A stretch of 59,044 bases of DNA, from contig NC_057718.1 in NCBI RefSeq assembly GCF_004010195.1, positions 35,057,376 through 35,116,419 of the forward strand, given 5' to 3'. The translations under genes and the position numbers were made by a program. Below, one piece after another: positions 1 through 12,104 of the stretch (its first letter is position 1; each line of letters opens with the position of its first letter). Below the pieces are notes generated by a model that was given only the letters and a program-made list of their open reading frames with translations, did not search any database and had not been told where the DNA came from. Origin of the DNA: Chiloscyllium plagiosum. Taxonomy: Eukaryota.

Positions 1-59
1 TTGTTTCCAACTCTCTTTGACCAAAGACAAGCACACCCCCAGTCATGGTACTAATGGAT

Positions 60-775
60 GGTCGAACAGTTCCAGCACTGCTACAACACTGGCATCTGCC
101 CAACATTGTGAATAATTAATCATGTGTGTCCAGTCCTCAAAAAGCAGGAGAAAATCAACCAGGCTGATACCCATACATCTACTCTCCATCATCAGCATAG
201 TGCTGGAAGGAGTCATCAACAGGGCTTTCAAGTACCACTTACTCAGTAGCTACCCACTCACCATTGCTCAGTTTGGGTTCTTGACCACATATAACATTGC
301 ATCAAGCATGATAAAAGAGCCCAGTTCCAGACCTGATGTGAGAGTGGGTGCCCTTAACATCAACTTCCCCTTAGCCAAGTGTGCTAGTAAGGAGCATGTG
401 CAAAATTGATGCCAAAGTGTAAGGGATGAATGGAGTAGAGGTTGGGTGGCAAACAATTCTTCATATATTGGCAGAAGACCTAGCACAAAGGGAAATGACT
501 ATGGTTTTTGGAGGCCAATCTCCTTAGCATCAGGATATTTCATCAATTACCTTTCCTCCAAAGTAAGGGCAGAAGGTGATGTTTCTTAATTATTACATAT
601 CGTTCAACTATATTTGCAAAGGCTTTTGAGATACACATATGCAACAAGACCAGGACAACAGCCAGGCTTGAGTTGTTAAGTGGCAAGTAACATTCTTGTC
701 GCACACTAGTGTTAGGCAATGAACATTTCCAACAAGTCAGAGTCCCTAACCACCTCTCAAACATTTGAATATACG
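60..775 (+). mobile_element. Decayed non-LTR retrotransposon (CR1/L2-group) RT fragment
   Basis: ORF 122-409 reads LLSIISIVLEGVINRAFKYHLLSSYPLTIAQFGF...VRVGALNI, matching LINE RT motifs (ISLLS.ISK.ME..IN...Q(F/Y)GF...V.ALDI). Frameshifted. Confidence 0.75.
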
Positions 776-789
776 AATTAAGAGCTAAA

Positions 790-955
790 AGGACTCCCAT
801 CTATCCAAGCTTTCCTCAGAAGACAATCCACTCATTGCAGATAACAATCTAGTGAACCTCATCCAAACCATCTGCAATACTTTTATCTCCTTCCTTCAAT
901 AATGAGACCAAAACTGCATACACAGTATTTGAGATGTGATCTCTTCAATACACTG
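790..955 (-). mobile_element. Old CR1 LINE 3' fragment
   Basis: tagtgaacctc...ccttccttcaataatgagaccaaaactgcatacacagtattttgagatgtgatctc is the reverse complement of a CR1 C-terminal coding stretch (RPHLEYCVQFWSP-type). Confidence 0.55.
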
Positions 956-987
956 TTCATAAAATAACCATTATATAGTAGCAAAGT

Positions 988-1310
988 TGTCCCCACCGCT
1001 ACTGTACCCCAGTGTAATACACTGACAGACCCGTGTTATAAAGTGAGAAACTTATTCACACCAGTACTGTACCCTATTATAATACAGTAACAGGCCTGTC
1101 CCCACTAGGACTGAACTCAAGTGTTATACACAGACAGATGTGTCTCCTGCAGTTATATAAAGCAATGTTATATAGTGACAGACCTGTCCAGACATGCAAT
1201 GTACCCCAGTGTTATACAGTGACAGACCTCTCCCTGTCAGAACATCATTCTAGTGTTGTACAGAGACAGAAGTGTCCCCACCAGTACTATACACTAATGT
1301 ACTGTACACT
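988..1310 (+). repeat. Degenerate 44-bp tandem repeat (minisatellite), about 7 units
   Basis: Consensus ctgtccccaccagtactgtaccccagtgttatacagtgacagac. The gtgttatacagtgacagac-like core recurs at about 1033, 1077, 1121, 1165, 1209 and 1253 (period 44). Confidence 0.85.
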
Positions 1311-1404
1311 AACTGAAGCATAACCCAGCATCCTGGGTCACTTTTATCTTGTCCCAGTACTGGTGCATCACCCTGGAACTCCAGATAGTTGGACTGAGTG
1401 AGCA

Positions 1405-2063
1405 TCATTAAAGATGGCACAACAGGTGGAGATAGTGGTTCATAAAGCATACAATTTTCTTGGTGTTATTAATAGAGACAGAATACATGAGTTGGGAGGT
1501 TGCTGAATCTGATAAAGAAACTTAGTTAGATCACAGCTTAAGTATTGTGTTTAATTATGGGCTCCACACTTTGAAAAGGGTGTGAAGGGTTTGAAGAGAA
1601 AACAGGAAAGGATTTTGACAATGGATCCAGATACAAGAAACTTCAGTTAAGAAGGTAGATTTAAAAAGCTTGGGCTATTTTTCTTGTTGCTGAAAAGGTT
1701 CCGTTTTCAAAATCATGAGAGGCCTGGCGAGAGAAGTCAAGGGCAAAATGACTCCATTTGTGATGCATCAATGACAAGAGGTCACAGATTTAAAGTGACT
1801 TACAAAAAAAGTCAATGTAACATGAGAAGAATTTTTCTTGCATTTTTTTCAGTCATTAGAGGAAGGAAAGGAGGCCTGGAAATATAATAGAGGTCAATCA
1901 GGTTCAATCAAGGCATTCAAAAGAGCATGAGATGATGAGTTAGATAGAAACATTGAGCAAGACAGAAAAGTGGACAATGACACACAGGCATGATGCTCAT
2001 TTAGAGAGCTGGCACAGACACAATGATCCAAATGGCTCTCTGCACCCAAACAATTCTGTGATT
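1405..2063 (+). mobile_element. Old CR1 LINE 3' end
   Basis: Contains ttagttagatcacagcttaagtattgtgtttaattatgggctccacac (LVRPQLEYCVQFWAP-like), acaagaggtcacagatttaaagtg (TRGH.FKV) and a CR1-type 3' UTR. Confidence 0.7.
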
Positions 2064-4106
2064 TTGGAATGATGTCAGGAGAGTGCAGTGAGGGAAATGC
2101 CTGTGCACATGGAGAAAATATTTGCTACAAGGCTGTCCTTTAACCAGGGTTCAATGTGTAAATGTTTCATCATATTATGTTGAGTGAGTAGATGAGGAAG
2201 AATGAAAATGAGAAAAGAGTATGTATATAGCCCTGAGTTCAAACAGGTCCTGGCCTCGCCCTTCTGCCTGCAATTTGAAAAGTTGCTTTTTGAAATTGGT
2301 TAATGGCATATACTTATCAGGTTCGTCTTCTGTATATCTGTTATCTGCTTCCTCCTGTTATGTTCTACACATCCCTCTAAGTAAAGAACTAACATGGTTA
2401 TTAAAATTTCAATGTCCTCCCTGCATTGTGATGCATATGACTTACTGAGCTGGCATCACGAACTGTTTGGAAAGCTCTCTCTGGGCCGACAACTTCACAA
2501 CTGCAAATGTGATACCTATTCCAGGTTTTAGTGGAAGCTTCAAAATTTGTTCAGCGCAAGAAGGGTATGTAGTAATATGCTTATGAGCTTACAAGTCAGA
2601 ATGCTTTTCCACATGATCATGGTTAAGCTGTAACAAGTGAAAAGAACGTTTTTGTAGGATTTCAATAGAAAAAAGCAGCTTTGCTGCAGCTGTAAAACCT
2701 TATCTTCATCTATTACAATTTTTTGTGAAGACCACATTCATTCTTGTTAGGGACTTCACCCAAAGCTGAGTGTATCCTGCCTGAAGGGTAGTCTCCTGTC
2801 ACCTAACTCTCCAGCACCTGGAATACAACAGCTGAGAATTGAACATATATTCTTTGGCTGCTGAATGAAATTTGTTGATAAGGCTTACTGATTACCCCAT
2901 GGAAAATAATTTTAAATCACAGTGGCATTCAGAGGGTAAAGTACTACTCCGATATCAAACCACTGCAGAACATCAGAATTCACTGTTTAATAAGACAGGT
3001 CTAAAATGATTGCAAGGGTATTCACTTTGGCAAAAAACAGTCAGTGCAATGGTGATCTGGGCCTACTACCTCAGGGCTCAGATTGAAAGATATGCTACTT
3101 GTTAGTATATTTCAACTCATTTTTTATGTTAGTTTACCTGGGACAATGCAGATGCAAAATCCCCTGTTTAACATATAAATATACACAGTCTTAGCCCATA
3201 GGACAATTTTATCCAGCCTGCAGATTTCCCAAGGAGAATTAGACCGAGTTATAAGAAGAGTCAGATTCCCTCTTACCACTGCTGGTTAAAAGGCCCTCAG
3301 CTGCCCCTCTGCCATTTAATAACCAATTGGCCATTAATAAGCTGGAAGTGAAAATTTCACTCACTGAATCAGAAAGTTCCTGCTTTTTGGATACCTTGTC
3401 TTTAAGAGAGTTCACCTTTAAAGATTTCATGTGCTGTGTGTGTGTAATGTTGGGACTCTGCCAGCCAGTTAGTCTGCTGTGGGGTTGCAAGGTTCACACA
3501 GAAAATCAATATGTCTGTGTCATAACTTATAAGGTGTTTTATTGTTTTAATTAAACTAACCCATAGAATTAATTAATCCCTCATGAGTGATTAACAGTTA
3601 GACTATTATCATAATTATGGCATGGTGAGCAATTGTGAAAAAACATGATGCTGATGAGGCTTTTAATACTTGAACAATCAGCAAATAAGTTAATCTAAAG
3701 GTGAAATTCAGAGTTGATAATCTTAAATTACATTGAATTGTATGTGAAAACTCTTGATGCATAGCATTGGAGCATTGAAAACACAGCTTACTGGTGAGCA
3801 TAGAAATCCCCGTTGAGAGGGATTTGAAAAAAGGCAAGTGATCAGTGTACATGTATAAAAGGCCATGAGTGCAAAGTGCCATTGGAGAAATCGCTTCCCA
3901 TCAATGAAAACTAAGGACTACTTGAAACATGACTGAAGATAGAAAGCGTGTCAAGTGATTATTTAGTTATTCCATCCTTACAGCACTGTACAAAGTACAA
4001 AAAATCATATTCATTCCTCAGAAAACTGGTAATTATTCATTATTCACTAAAGTTGACACAAAGTCAAATGTCCATGTATAATATTTGCTCTGTATATTTT
4101 TAAAAG

Positions 4107-4725
4107 TTATATCTATCAACAAGGGAAACCATGACAAAGCCATATGAATGTAAAACTTGCAGAATATAATGGCTTACCAACTCCCTATGCAGGATTAAGA
4201 GAGCTGGAGAGCTATTCCAGTCAGATATCAGGAACACAACAGGAACTGAAGCAGAATACTCAAGAAATACTTGCTGTACTGAATAGGAAAGAAGGATGGA
4301 ACTCATCGCTTTCTAGTGAATTAGTGGAGCTAAAATCTCAGCTCTCCGCTGTGGAGAAAAGGACAAAATTCCGTGAGGAAAAGGCCAAACTCTCTGCTCA
4401 ACTTCCAATAATGACTGATGTGCTGAAATAGAAAGAAAGGAAGCAAGATGAACTTCAAGTTCTGTATCATCAACTAAAAGAAAAGATTGTTAGTTTACAG
4501 AAAGATCTGTAAAAATTCACTTATAAAACCGATCAGGTTCAGCAGGAGCAGCTACAGAAACATTGAACTGGGTTCATATCAATTCTGGAGAAAATGACAG
4601 ACCTTTAAAAACAGATTGAGTTATAATGATGCACATGATAAGGAGCTACCAAACACTCAGAACACAGCTCTTTTAGAAATAAATGCCAGCAATACTGAAG
4701 AAATCTGCTATCCTTAAATGATCTG
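4107..4725 (+). pseudogene. Decayed coiled-coil coding segment (putative pseudo-exon 1)
   Basis: ORF 4144-4431 is E/K/Q/L-rich and heptad-like. The same frame stays coiled-coil-like past the stops at 4429, 4510 and 4564 (K*KERKQDELQVLYHQLKEKIVSLQKDL*KFTYKTDQVQQEQLQKH*). Possible acceptor tttttaaaAG ending at 4106. Confidence 0.5.
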
Positions 4726-4889
4726 GTATACATGTGACTCAAGACCCACAGCAGTGCAATTTAGTCTTCACTGTAGTCTTATATGGCCGAGAAAGTATAT
4801 CAATTTGAAAGAAATTAAATACCGGTGACATATGTTAGCCTTGCTGGTGACACCAACATCCTATATAAGAATTTTAAAATATATCCCAG

Positions 4890-5230
4890 TGAAAGCACTC
4901 AAACAAGACCCAGAGAAAACTATACAATCACTGAAGCAGCAAATGGAAGAGATTCAGACTCCAAAGGAGAGAACAACAAGAAAAATTGAAGATGCTGGAC
5001 AATTACTAGAACAGACTCTAAAGGAGACAATACACTGGACCAAATTGGCTAAAATCTTTACAGAATTAGAAGAACCCAGGGCATGGAACCTGGAGCTTCA
5101 AAACGAGCTGGAAATTTTAAAGGAACAGAATCTACAATCCATGAAGAAAATGCATGACAATGCAAACAGGAACAATTGGCAATCATAGAAATCAACTGCA
5201 TGAGATCTGGACATATTTGAGAGTCTTAAG
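4890..5230 (+). pseudogene. Decayed coiled-coil coding segment (putative pseudo-exon 2)
   Basis: After tatatcccAG (4889) the frame reads KALKQDPEKTIQSLKQQMEEIQ...LELQNELEILKEQNLQSMKKMHD, then an apparent frameshift. Ends at AAG|gt (5230). Confidence 0.5.
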
Positions 5231-6552
5231 GTTTCATTGGCTTATTTGTTAATTGAAAAATGGTTAAAATTTCTTTTGGAAAGGAGGGGCATGTTTCATA
5301 TGTACCCAACCTTTCAGAGATTTTACCTTTCAAGATTCTACATTCTGTGCGTATATAATGTTGCAACTCAGCCCATCAGTTAATCTACACTGAGTCTGCA
5401 AGTTGCACACACTGACATCTGTTGGTTTGCTGTAATGACTGTTTCATAATTTATAATGTGCTCTATTATTTCAACTAATGCATCAAGTTATTAAATCTCT
5501 GAAAAGCAATTGACTAATCAACCAATGCCAGTAATATGATAGTCTTGCCTGTGAGAACTGCCCACCAATTGGACACCAGCAATTCCCACAACTTTCAACG
5601 TGTACCAATGAACTATTTAGTTATAGTTGATGAGATTACTGCTCACCAAAATGTCTGATACAAGGATGATACCTCATTGCAGGAGCTTTAATGAGGCTCT
5701 TCTGGACAAGCGGCCTCCATATAGCAAAGTAGAGGGCTAGGATCTCAGATGATGTATTACTTACAATCTATTTACCCAGTCTCCTCAATCAGATTCACAC
5801 AGCCTTGTTGGCATTCCAAGTGAGAATAATCAGAAAATCTATACCTGTAAAATAAAAATCCCATGTTACCAATTAATGGTTCCCAAGAGCTGATCCATCA
5901 TCAAAAGATAAACACAACTCTGTACCTCAACACATTAATTTCTTTGATGAACTCGTAGTAAGACCTTTATAAGTTGCACATTTTTATGAGCAAGATCATA
6001 ATGTAAAATAAATATGGTATATTTTCGGTTTGGAAAACTCCCCTGAACCGTTACGTGCTGGTGCAATAGTCAAACACACTGTAGAAAATACAGAGCTGTT
6101 TTGTATGTAGTAACATGCTTCACCAAGACTTTCTAATGAGACTGAATCTGCAAATGACTTTCTATAAACAAATGGGGCTATGGCCAGTGCAAATATTTAT
6201 CATGGATTGGAGGCAACTCAAGGAACAGAATCATGTTTGTCTGATTAGCTTGTGTATGTAGTTCACTGAACAGGAACCTGAATGTTTGTAAGTAAACACT
6301 TAACCAGAAGGTCCCTAGTGGCTGCAGTTTCTGCAACAGTGTAGTTCATGTTCCAAGTCATACTATTAGTAGCCGACTTCATTCAAAAGTGAATGATGTA
6401 CATCTCATCAATAACAACGGTTCTAAAACACAGCCTTCTTTCCAGAATCAAAAGCATCTTTGATGGGTTTTACCTGTACTAGATGGTTAGTTATAAAAAT
6501 GCTGGGGTAACCACAAACAGCCAGCTCAAAGATATTTTCTAATCAACCTGTT

Positions 6553-6640
6553 CAGAGATGGTAGAACACACCTTTGGAGCAGGTGGGACTTGAACCCAAG
6601 TCTTGTAGCCTAGAGGAAGGGACTCTACCAAAAGAGCCCT
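6553..6640 (-). mobile_element. tRNA-derived SINE head fragment
   Basis: The reverse complement contains a Pol III B-box (GGGTTCAAGTCCC) after a degenerate A-box, with no complete cloverleaf. Confidence 0.55.
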
Positions 6641-7209
6641 CACAGCCAAATATAAGATATTTTCTAAATAGCCTGGACAGAGACGTTAAGAAAACATGGA
6701 AATGGATGAATATGTCAGCTGTTATTCCCATTAAGTCCACTGAATTCAAGCTGTTTAGATCTTCATTTCATCTGGACATTTTAACACTCTTCCAGTGAGG
6801 TGAGGGGGATGAGCGTGAGAGGGGCAATGGTTTCTTCACAATTTGACCTCAAGTTGCCATCGTTTTGGGTTAAATGAAAGTGGGTTGGTGAGAAACAGGT
6901 GATTAGTACTGCATCAATGGCAAATCTGTGTCAGAAGAACTGCCCGCGACTAAACTATTTCAGTGATGGGCGTGACTTCAACTGAACCAACTTTATGGAC
7001 TGCAGCCCTGGTTTCCTGGGGTTTGGGAAGCCTGGCAAATGAAAGAATGTGACTTTGGTCAGACCTACTGGAATAAATTTATTTCAAGTATTTCTTGTGG
7101 GCCAGGAGAAGCTTAACTGACCTAACTTCCAACCTCAAAGCCTCTCAAGCTTCCCTGCTGCCGCAACCCATTGAGTTACTTACAGGATTAATACACTAAG
7201 AATGAGTTC

Positions 7210-10200
7210 CATCTAACCTGGAGGGATACCAATATCCTGGCAGGGAAGATGGTTTAAATCATTGTGGCAGATGGTTGGGAAGCAGAGCAGTAGGTCAGCA
7301 TGTGAAATAATTGAGGAGAAGGTCAAATAAGTCTAATAGGAAGAAAAGGCAAGGCCAGGTTAACATGACAGGACTGGTGGTCTGAAATGTATTTATTTTA
7401 ATGCAACAAGTAAAGCAGATAATGCAATTGAACTGAGAGCCTGGAGTAGTACATGGCACTACAATGTTGTAGCCATTACAGAGAGTTAGTTGAGAGAAGG
7501 GCAGGACTCTTAGCTCAATGTTCCAGGGTTTAGATGTTTCAGGCATGATAAAGGGAAGTAAAAGTTGTGGGAGAGATTAAGGAGAATGTCATAGCTGCAC
7601 TAAGAGAGGAGACCTTGGAGGGGTCGTCCACCGAGGCTGTCTGAGTAAACGTCAGGAATAAGAAAGGTGCAATCACTATCATGGGGTTATACTATAGGCC
7701 TCCCAATAGCCAGCAGGAGATAGATGAACAGATATACAGGCAGATCATGGAAAGATGTAAAAATGACAGGGTTGTTGTAGTGAGTGATTTTTAACATCCC
7801 CAATACTGGTTGGGACTCTTTTACTGTCAGAAACTTAAATGGGACAGAGTTTATTGGGTACATCCAGGACAGCTTCTTGAAACAGTATGTAGATAGTCCA
7901 ACCAGGGAAGGTGCCTAATATTGGGGAATGAGCGTGGCCAAGTGATTGAAGTTTTAATGGGAGAGCATTTTGGGAAACATAATCATAATTCCATAATTTG
8001 GAGGTGCCAGTGTTGCACTGGGGTGCACAAAGTTAAAAATCACACAACACCAGGTTATAGTCCAACAGGTTTAATTGGAAGCACTAGCTTTCGGAGTGCT
8101 GCTCCTTCATCGGGTCAATTGTAAGGCACAGAATTTATGGCTAAAGTTTACAGTGTGATGTAACTGAAATTATACATTGAAAAATGCTTTGATTGTTTGT
8201 CGAGTCTTTCACCTGTTTGAATACTATGATAGTTTCACTTCTTTCATGTGTAAATCACAAAACTTTTTTTAAAAAGCTACATTCTCAGGTTAACTGTAAC
8301 AATTGGTGTTAGCCAGATAATATGTTGATGGTGTTAGCCCTCTGGGTTCCCTGTCTGTGCCATAATGTTTAGACTGATTCTAATCTAAAAAGTGAGTTAA
8401 CAGAGTCTTATATCAATCCATGCAGTTTTTGAGCAAGGTACAATGTAACTCTGCAAGTACAAATTCACCCACAAATGTATATGTATATATGTGCTTGTGA
8501 GTTTGTTTGTGTGTGTGTGTGTGTGAATGTGTGTGCCTGTCTGTCTGTCTGGGGTAGGGGGTTGTGAGTGTGAGAGAGAGTGTATATGTGTGTGTAGGTG
8601 AGAGTGGAGTGTCTAAGTCTGTGAGGGGGTGCATGTGTGAGTGTGGGAGTGTGTGTGTCTGTAAGAGTGTGTGTATGTTCCCTCCCAGACAGGAGTGTTC
8701 CCTCCCAGTAGGGGAACACTTCAGCAGTCCAGGACATTCAACCTTGGACCTTCGGGTGACCATCCTCCAAGGTGGACTTTGGGACAGGCAGCAGCGAAAA
8801 GTGGCCGAGCAGAGGCTGATAGCTAAGTTCGATACCCATAGGGAGGGCCTCAACCGGGACCTTGGGTTCATGTCACACTTCAGGTGACCACCTTTGCACT
8901 ATACACACACACACACACAAATACACGCATACACAGACACGCACACAGACACTCACACACACCTCTACGGACACACACACTCTCACATGCATCCTCTCAC
9001 AGACTTAGACCACTCTACACACACACACACATATACACTCACAGACACTCACAACTCCCCACCCCAGACACACACAAAGACCCACATGCACCCATATACA
9101 TATATGTTTGTGGGGTGAATTTGTGCTTGCAGAGTTACATTGGACTTTGCTCAAAAACTGCATGGATCCATGTAAGACTCTGTTAACTCACGTTTTTAGA
9201 TTAGAATCAGTCTAAACCTTATGGCATAGACAGAGAACACAGGGGGCTAACACCTTCAACATATTATCTGCCTAACACCAATTGTTACAGTTAACCTGAG
9301 AATGTAACTTTTAAAAAAGGTTTTGTGATTTACACATGAAAGAAGTGAAACTGTCATGGTCATTCGAACAGATGAAAGATTCAACAAACAATCAAGGTAT
9401 TTTTCAATGTATAATTTCAGTTACATCACACTGTAAACTTTTGCTATAAATTCTGTGTCTTACAATTGTGTCCTCCACAATCCCCTGATGAAGGAGCAGC
9501 GCTCCGAAAGCGAGTGCTTCCAATTAAACCTGTTGGACTGTAACCTGGTGGTGTGTGATTTTTAACATAATTCCATAAGTTTTAGATAGTTATAGATAAG
9601 GATAACATTGTTTTTACAACAGTACTGGCAGGAAGTGGAGGAGTTAGATTGAGGGTGTCAATTTGAGTGTAAATCAACATCTGATGTGAGAGTTTTTTAA
9701 AGGCTATTTGATCACAGCTCAGGACCTGTATGTTCCTGTGAGAGTGAAAGATAAGGATGGCAAGATTTGGGAACCATTGATGACAAGAGATATTGAAAAT
9801 TTCTTTGAAAGATAAATGAAGCATGTGCAAGGTTTGGGAAAGTGACATCAAACAGGGCCCTTGAGGAATATAAAGGAAGCAGGAAAGAACTTAAACCAGG
9901 AATTAGGGAGGTTAACAGGGACCGTGAAATGTCATTGGCTGGTAGGATTAAGGAGTCTCCCAAGGCTTTTTTGTGTATGTTAGAAGCAAAGAGGGTAGCT
10001 AGAGGACAACTCGAGGACAAATGAGGGAATTAATGTGTGAAGACAGAGGAAGTGGGTGAGGTCCTTAATGAGCATCTTGTATATGTTTTCACCAAGGAGA
10101 AGGATATGGATGATGGTAATATTAGGGACGGGTATGTTGACATTCTAGGGCACATTGATATTAAGGAGTATGTGTTGGGTGGCTTGAAAACTATCAAGGT

Positions 10201-10761
10201 AATTTGAGTCCCAGGGCCTGTTGGAATCTATCCTGGGATACTGAGAGAGGGAAAGAAAGATATTTCTGGGGACTCGACAGAGATCTTTCTATCCTCCTTA
10301 GCCACAGGTGAACTTTCAGAAGCCTGGAGAATAGCCAATGTTGTTTTTATGTTTGAAAAGGGCAATAGGGATAATCTGGGAAATTACAGTCCAAAGAGCC
10401 TTACTTATGGTAGGGAAATTATTGGAGAAGAGTCTTAGGCACAGGATTTACTCATATTTGGATAAGAATGGACTTATCAGGGATAGTCAGTATGGCTTTG
10501 TGTAGGGGAGGTCTTGTCTCACAAATTTGATTGAATTTTTTTGAGGAAGTAGTGAAAATGATTGAGGGTAGGGCAATGTATGTTGAAGAAGATTATGGTC
10601 CAGAAGATTATGTCACATGGGATGTACAGTGAGTTGGTAAGTTGGATACAAAATTGGCTTCATCATAGGAGACAAAGAGTAGCTGTGGAGTGGCATTTTT
10701 GCTGACTTGAGTTCTGTGACCAGTGGTGTTCTGCAAGAATCAGTCCCAGGAAGTCCTAAGA
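7210..10761 (+). mobile_element. CR1 (HER1-like) LINE: ORF1 end, APE endonuclease and N-terminal RT, decayed and interrupted by a PLE
   Basis: APE motifs GLKCIYFNA...ELRAW..TW.Y.VVAITE...LNVPGFRCFR near 7380-7545 and GLYYRPPNS near 7685. RT-proximal motifs WRIANVV..F.KG and SQYGF...RSCLTNLIEFF at 10320-10545. Runs into the N gap. Confidence 0.9.
7997..9565 (+). mobile_element. Penelope-like element, 5'-truncated, with inverted pseudo-LTRs and a 13-bp TSD
   Basis: The centre encodes a PLE GIY-YIG C-terminus (LPVGEHFSSPGHS..DLRVTILQGG...RKVAEQRLIAKFDTHREGLNRD). 8032-~8675 is the reverse complement of ~8955-9566. cataattccataa is duplicated at 7984-7996 and 9566-9578. Confidence 0.9.
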
Positions 10762-11261
10762 NNNNNNNNNNNNNNNNNNNNNNNNNNNNNNNNNNNNNNN
10801 NNNNNNNNNNNNNNNNNNNNNNNNNNNNNNNNNNNNNNNNNNNNNNNNNNNNNNNNNNNNNNNNNNNNNNNNNNNNNNNNNNNNNNNNNNNNNNNNNNNN
10901 NNNNNNNNNNNNNNNNNNNNNNNNNNNNNNNNNNNNNNNNNNNNNNNNNNNNNNNNNNNNNNNNNNNNNNNNNNNNNNNNNNNNNNNNNNNNNNNNNNNN
11001 NNNNNNNNNNNNNNNNNNNNNNNNNNNNNNNNNNNNNNNNNNNNNNNNNNNNNNNNNNNNNNNNNNNNNNNNNNNNNNNNNNNNNNNNNNNNNNNNNNNN
11101 NNNNNNNNNNNNNNNNNNNNNNNNNNNNNNNNNNNNNNNNNNNNNNNNNNNNNNNNNNNNNNNNNNNNNNNNNNNNNNNNNNNNNNNNNNNNNNNNNNNN
11201 NNNNNNNNNNNNNNNNNNNNNNNNNNNNNNNNNNNNNNNNNNNNNNNNNNNNNNNNNNNNN
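10762..11261. other. Assembly gap (500 N)
   Basis: Run of N. Confidence 1.
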
Positions 11262-11479
11262 TGGTAAAACAGTTCATAGGCTAATTCTGCCTTGGCCTGC
11301 ACAGAGCTAAAGTAATAGCAAGTCAGGTGAGGAATGTGGAGAGGGCAGAGTTGTTAGGAATGGTATCATCCCACCTAATTGACTTCATTTCTCACCTCCA
11401 AGCTTCTGGAATATGGAGCCCCAGAGGCTAAGAATTCTGAGGTGCGTAACTCACTTCCTGATTCCCTAAAGCCTGACCA

Positions 11480-11940
11480 ACATCTGTAAGATGTGCCAGC
11501 AATGTGGTGGAATATTCTCCACATAACAACATGAGTGCCACTCCAATAACATTCAAGAACCTCAACATCATTCAGGACAATGCAGCCCAATAAACTCCTA
11601 CACCACTGGAGCACAGAGTCACAATAATGTGTACTGTTTTCAAGACTAACAGCATCACTTTACCAAGGCTCATTCAACAGCACTTTCTAAACCCACAACC
11701 TCTACAACCCAGAAGGACAAGGACAGCAGACACATGGGAACACCTGCAATACCTACAGGTTTCCCTCCAAGCCACACAATTCCTGACTTGGAACAATATC
11801 ACCATTCCTTCAGTTCCACTGGACCAAAATCCAGGTACTCCCTCCCTAACAGCACTGTGAATGTTCCTCCACCACATGGACTTCAATAATTCAAGAAGGA
11901 GGCTTACCACTGTCTTCACAAGGACAATTAGGGACTAGGA
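11480..11940 (+). mobile_element. 3' end of a LINE, probably the same family as 60-775
   Basis: Contains gtggtggaatattctcca (MEYSP), KNLNIIQDNAA, and a tactccctccctaacagc (WNSLP-like) C-terminal motif followed by a 3' UTR. Confidence 0.65.
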
Positions 11941-12104
11941 ATTGAACAGGGAACTGAACAGTACTAATTTGTAGATGACACCAGCCCTAATGGAGCAATA
12001 TGATAAGTTTGAGGCAAAGATGTTTTGCTTGAGGGCTTTTTGTTACTTAATTCCTGCTGTTAACCTACTTTCAAAATGGACCACATAGTAGCCAGATGGG
12101 GTAT

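Noticed and set aside
988..1310. CRISPR-like repeat/spacer periodicity
   Set aside because: The apparent spacers are homologous to each other, the context is vertebrate, and there are no cas genes. It is a tandem repeat.
5775..5845. Minus-strand exon-like segment after ttttattttacAG
   Set aside because: An isolated splice-like signal with no partner exons and no recognisable peptide.
8413..9186. His/Thr- and Val/Cys-rich ORFs
   Set aside because: Translations of (CA)n/(GT)n-rich PLE pseudo-LTR sequence.
10613..11310. Long ORFs of 170-230 aa
   Set aside because: Artefacts of the 500-N gap.
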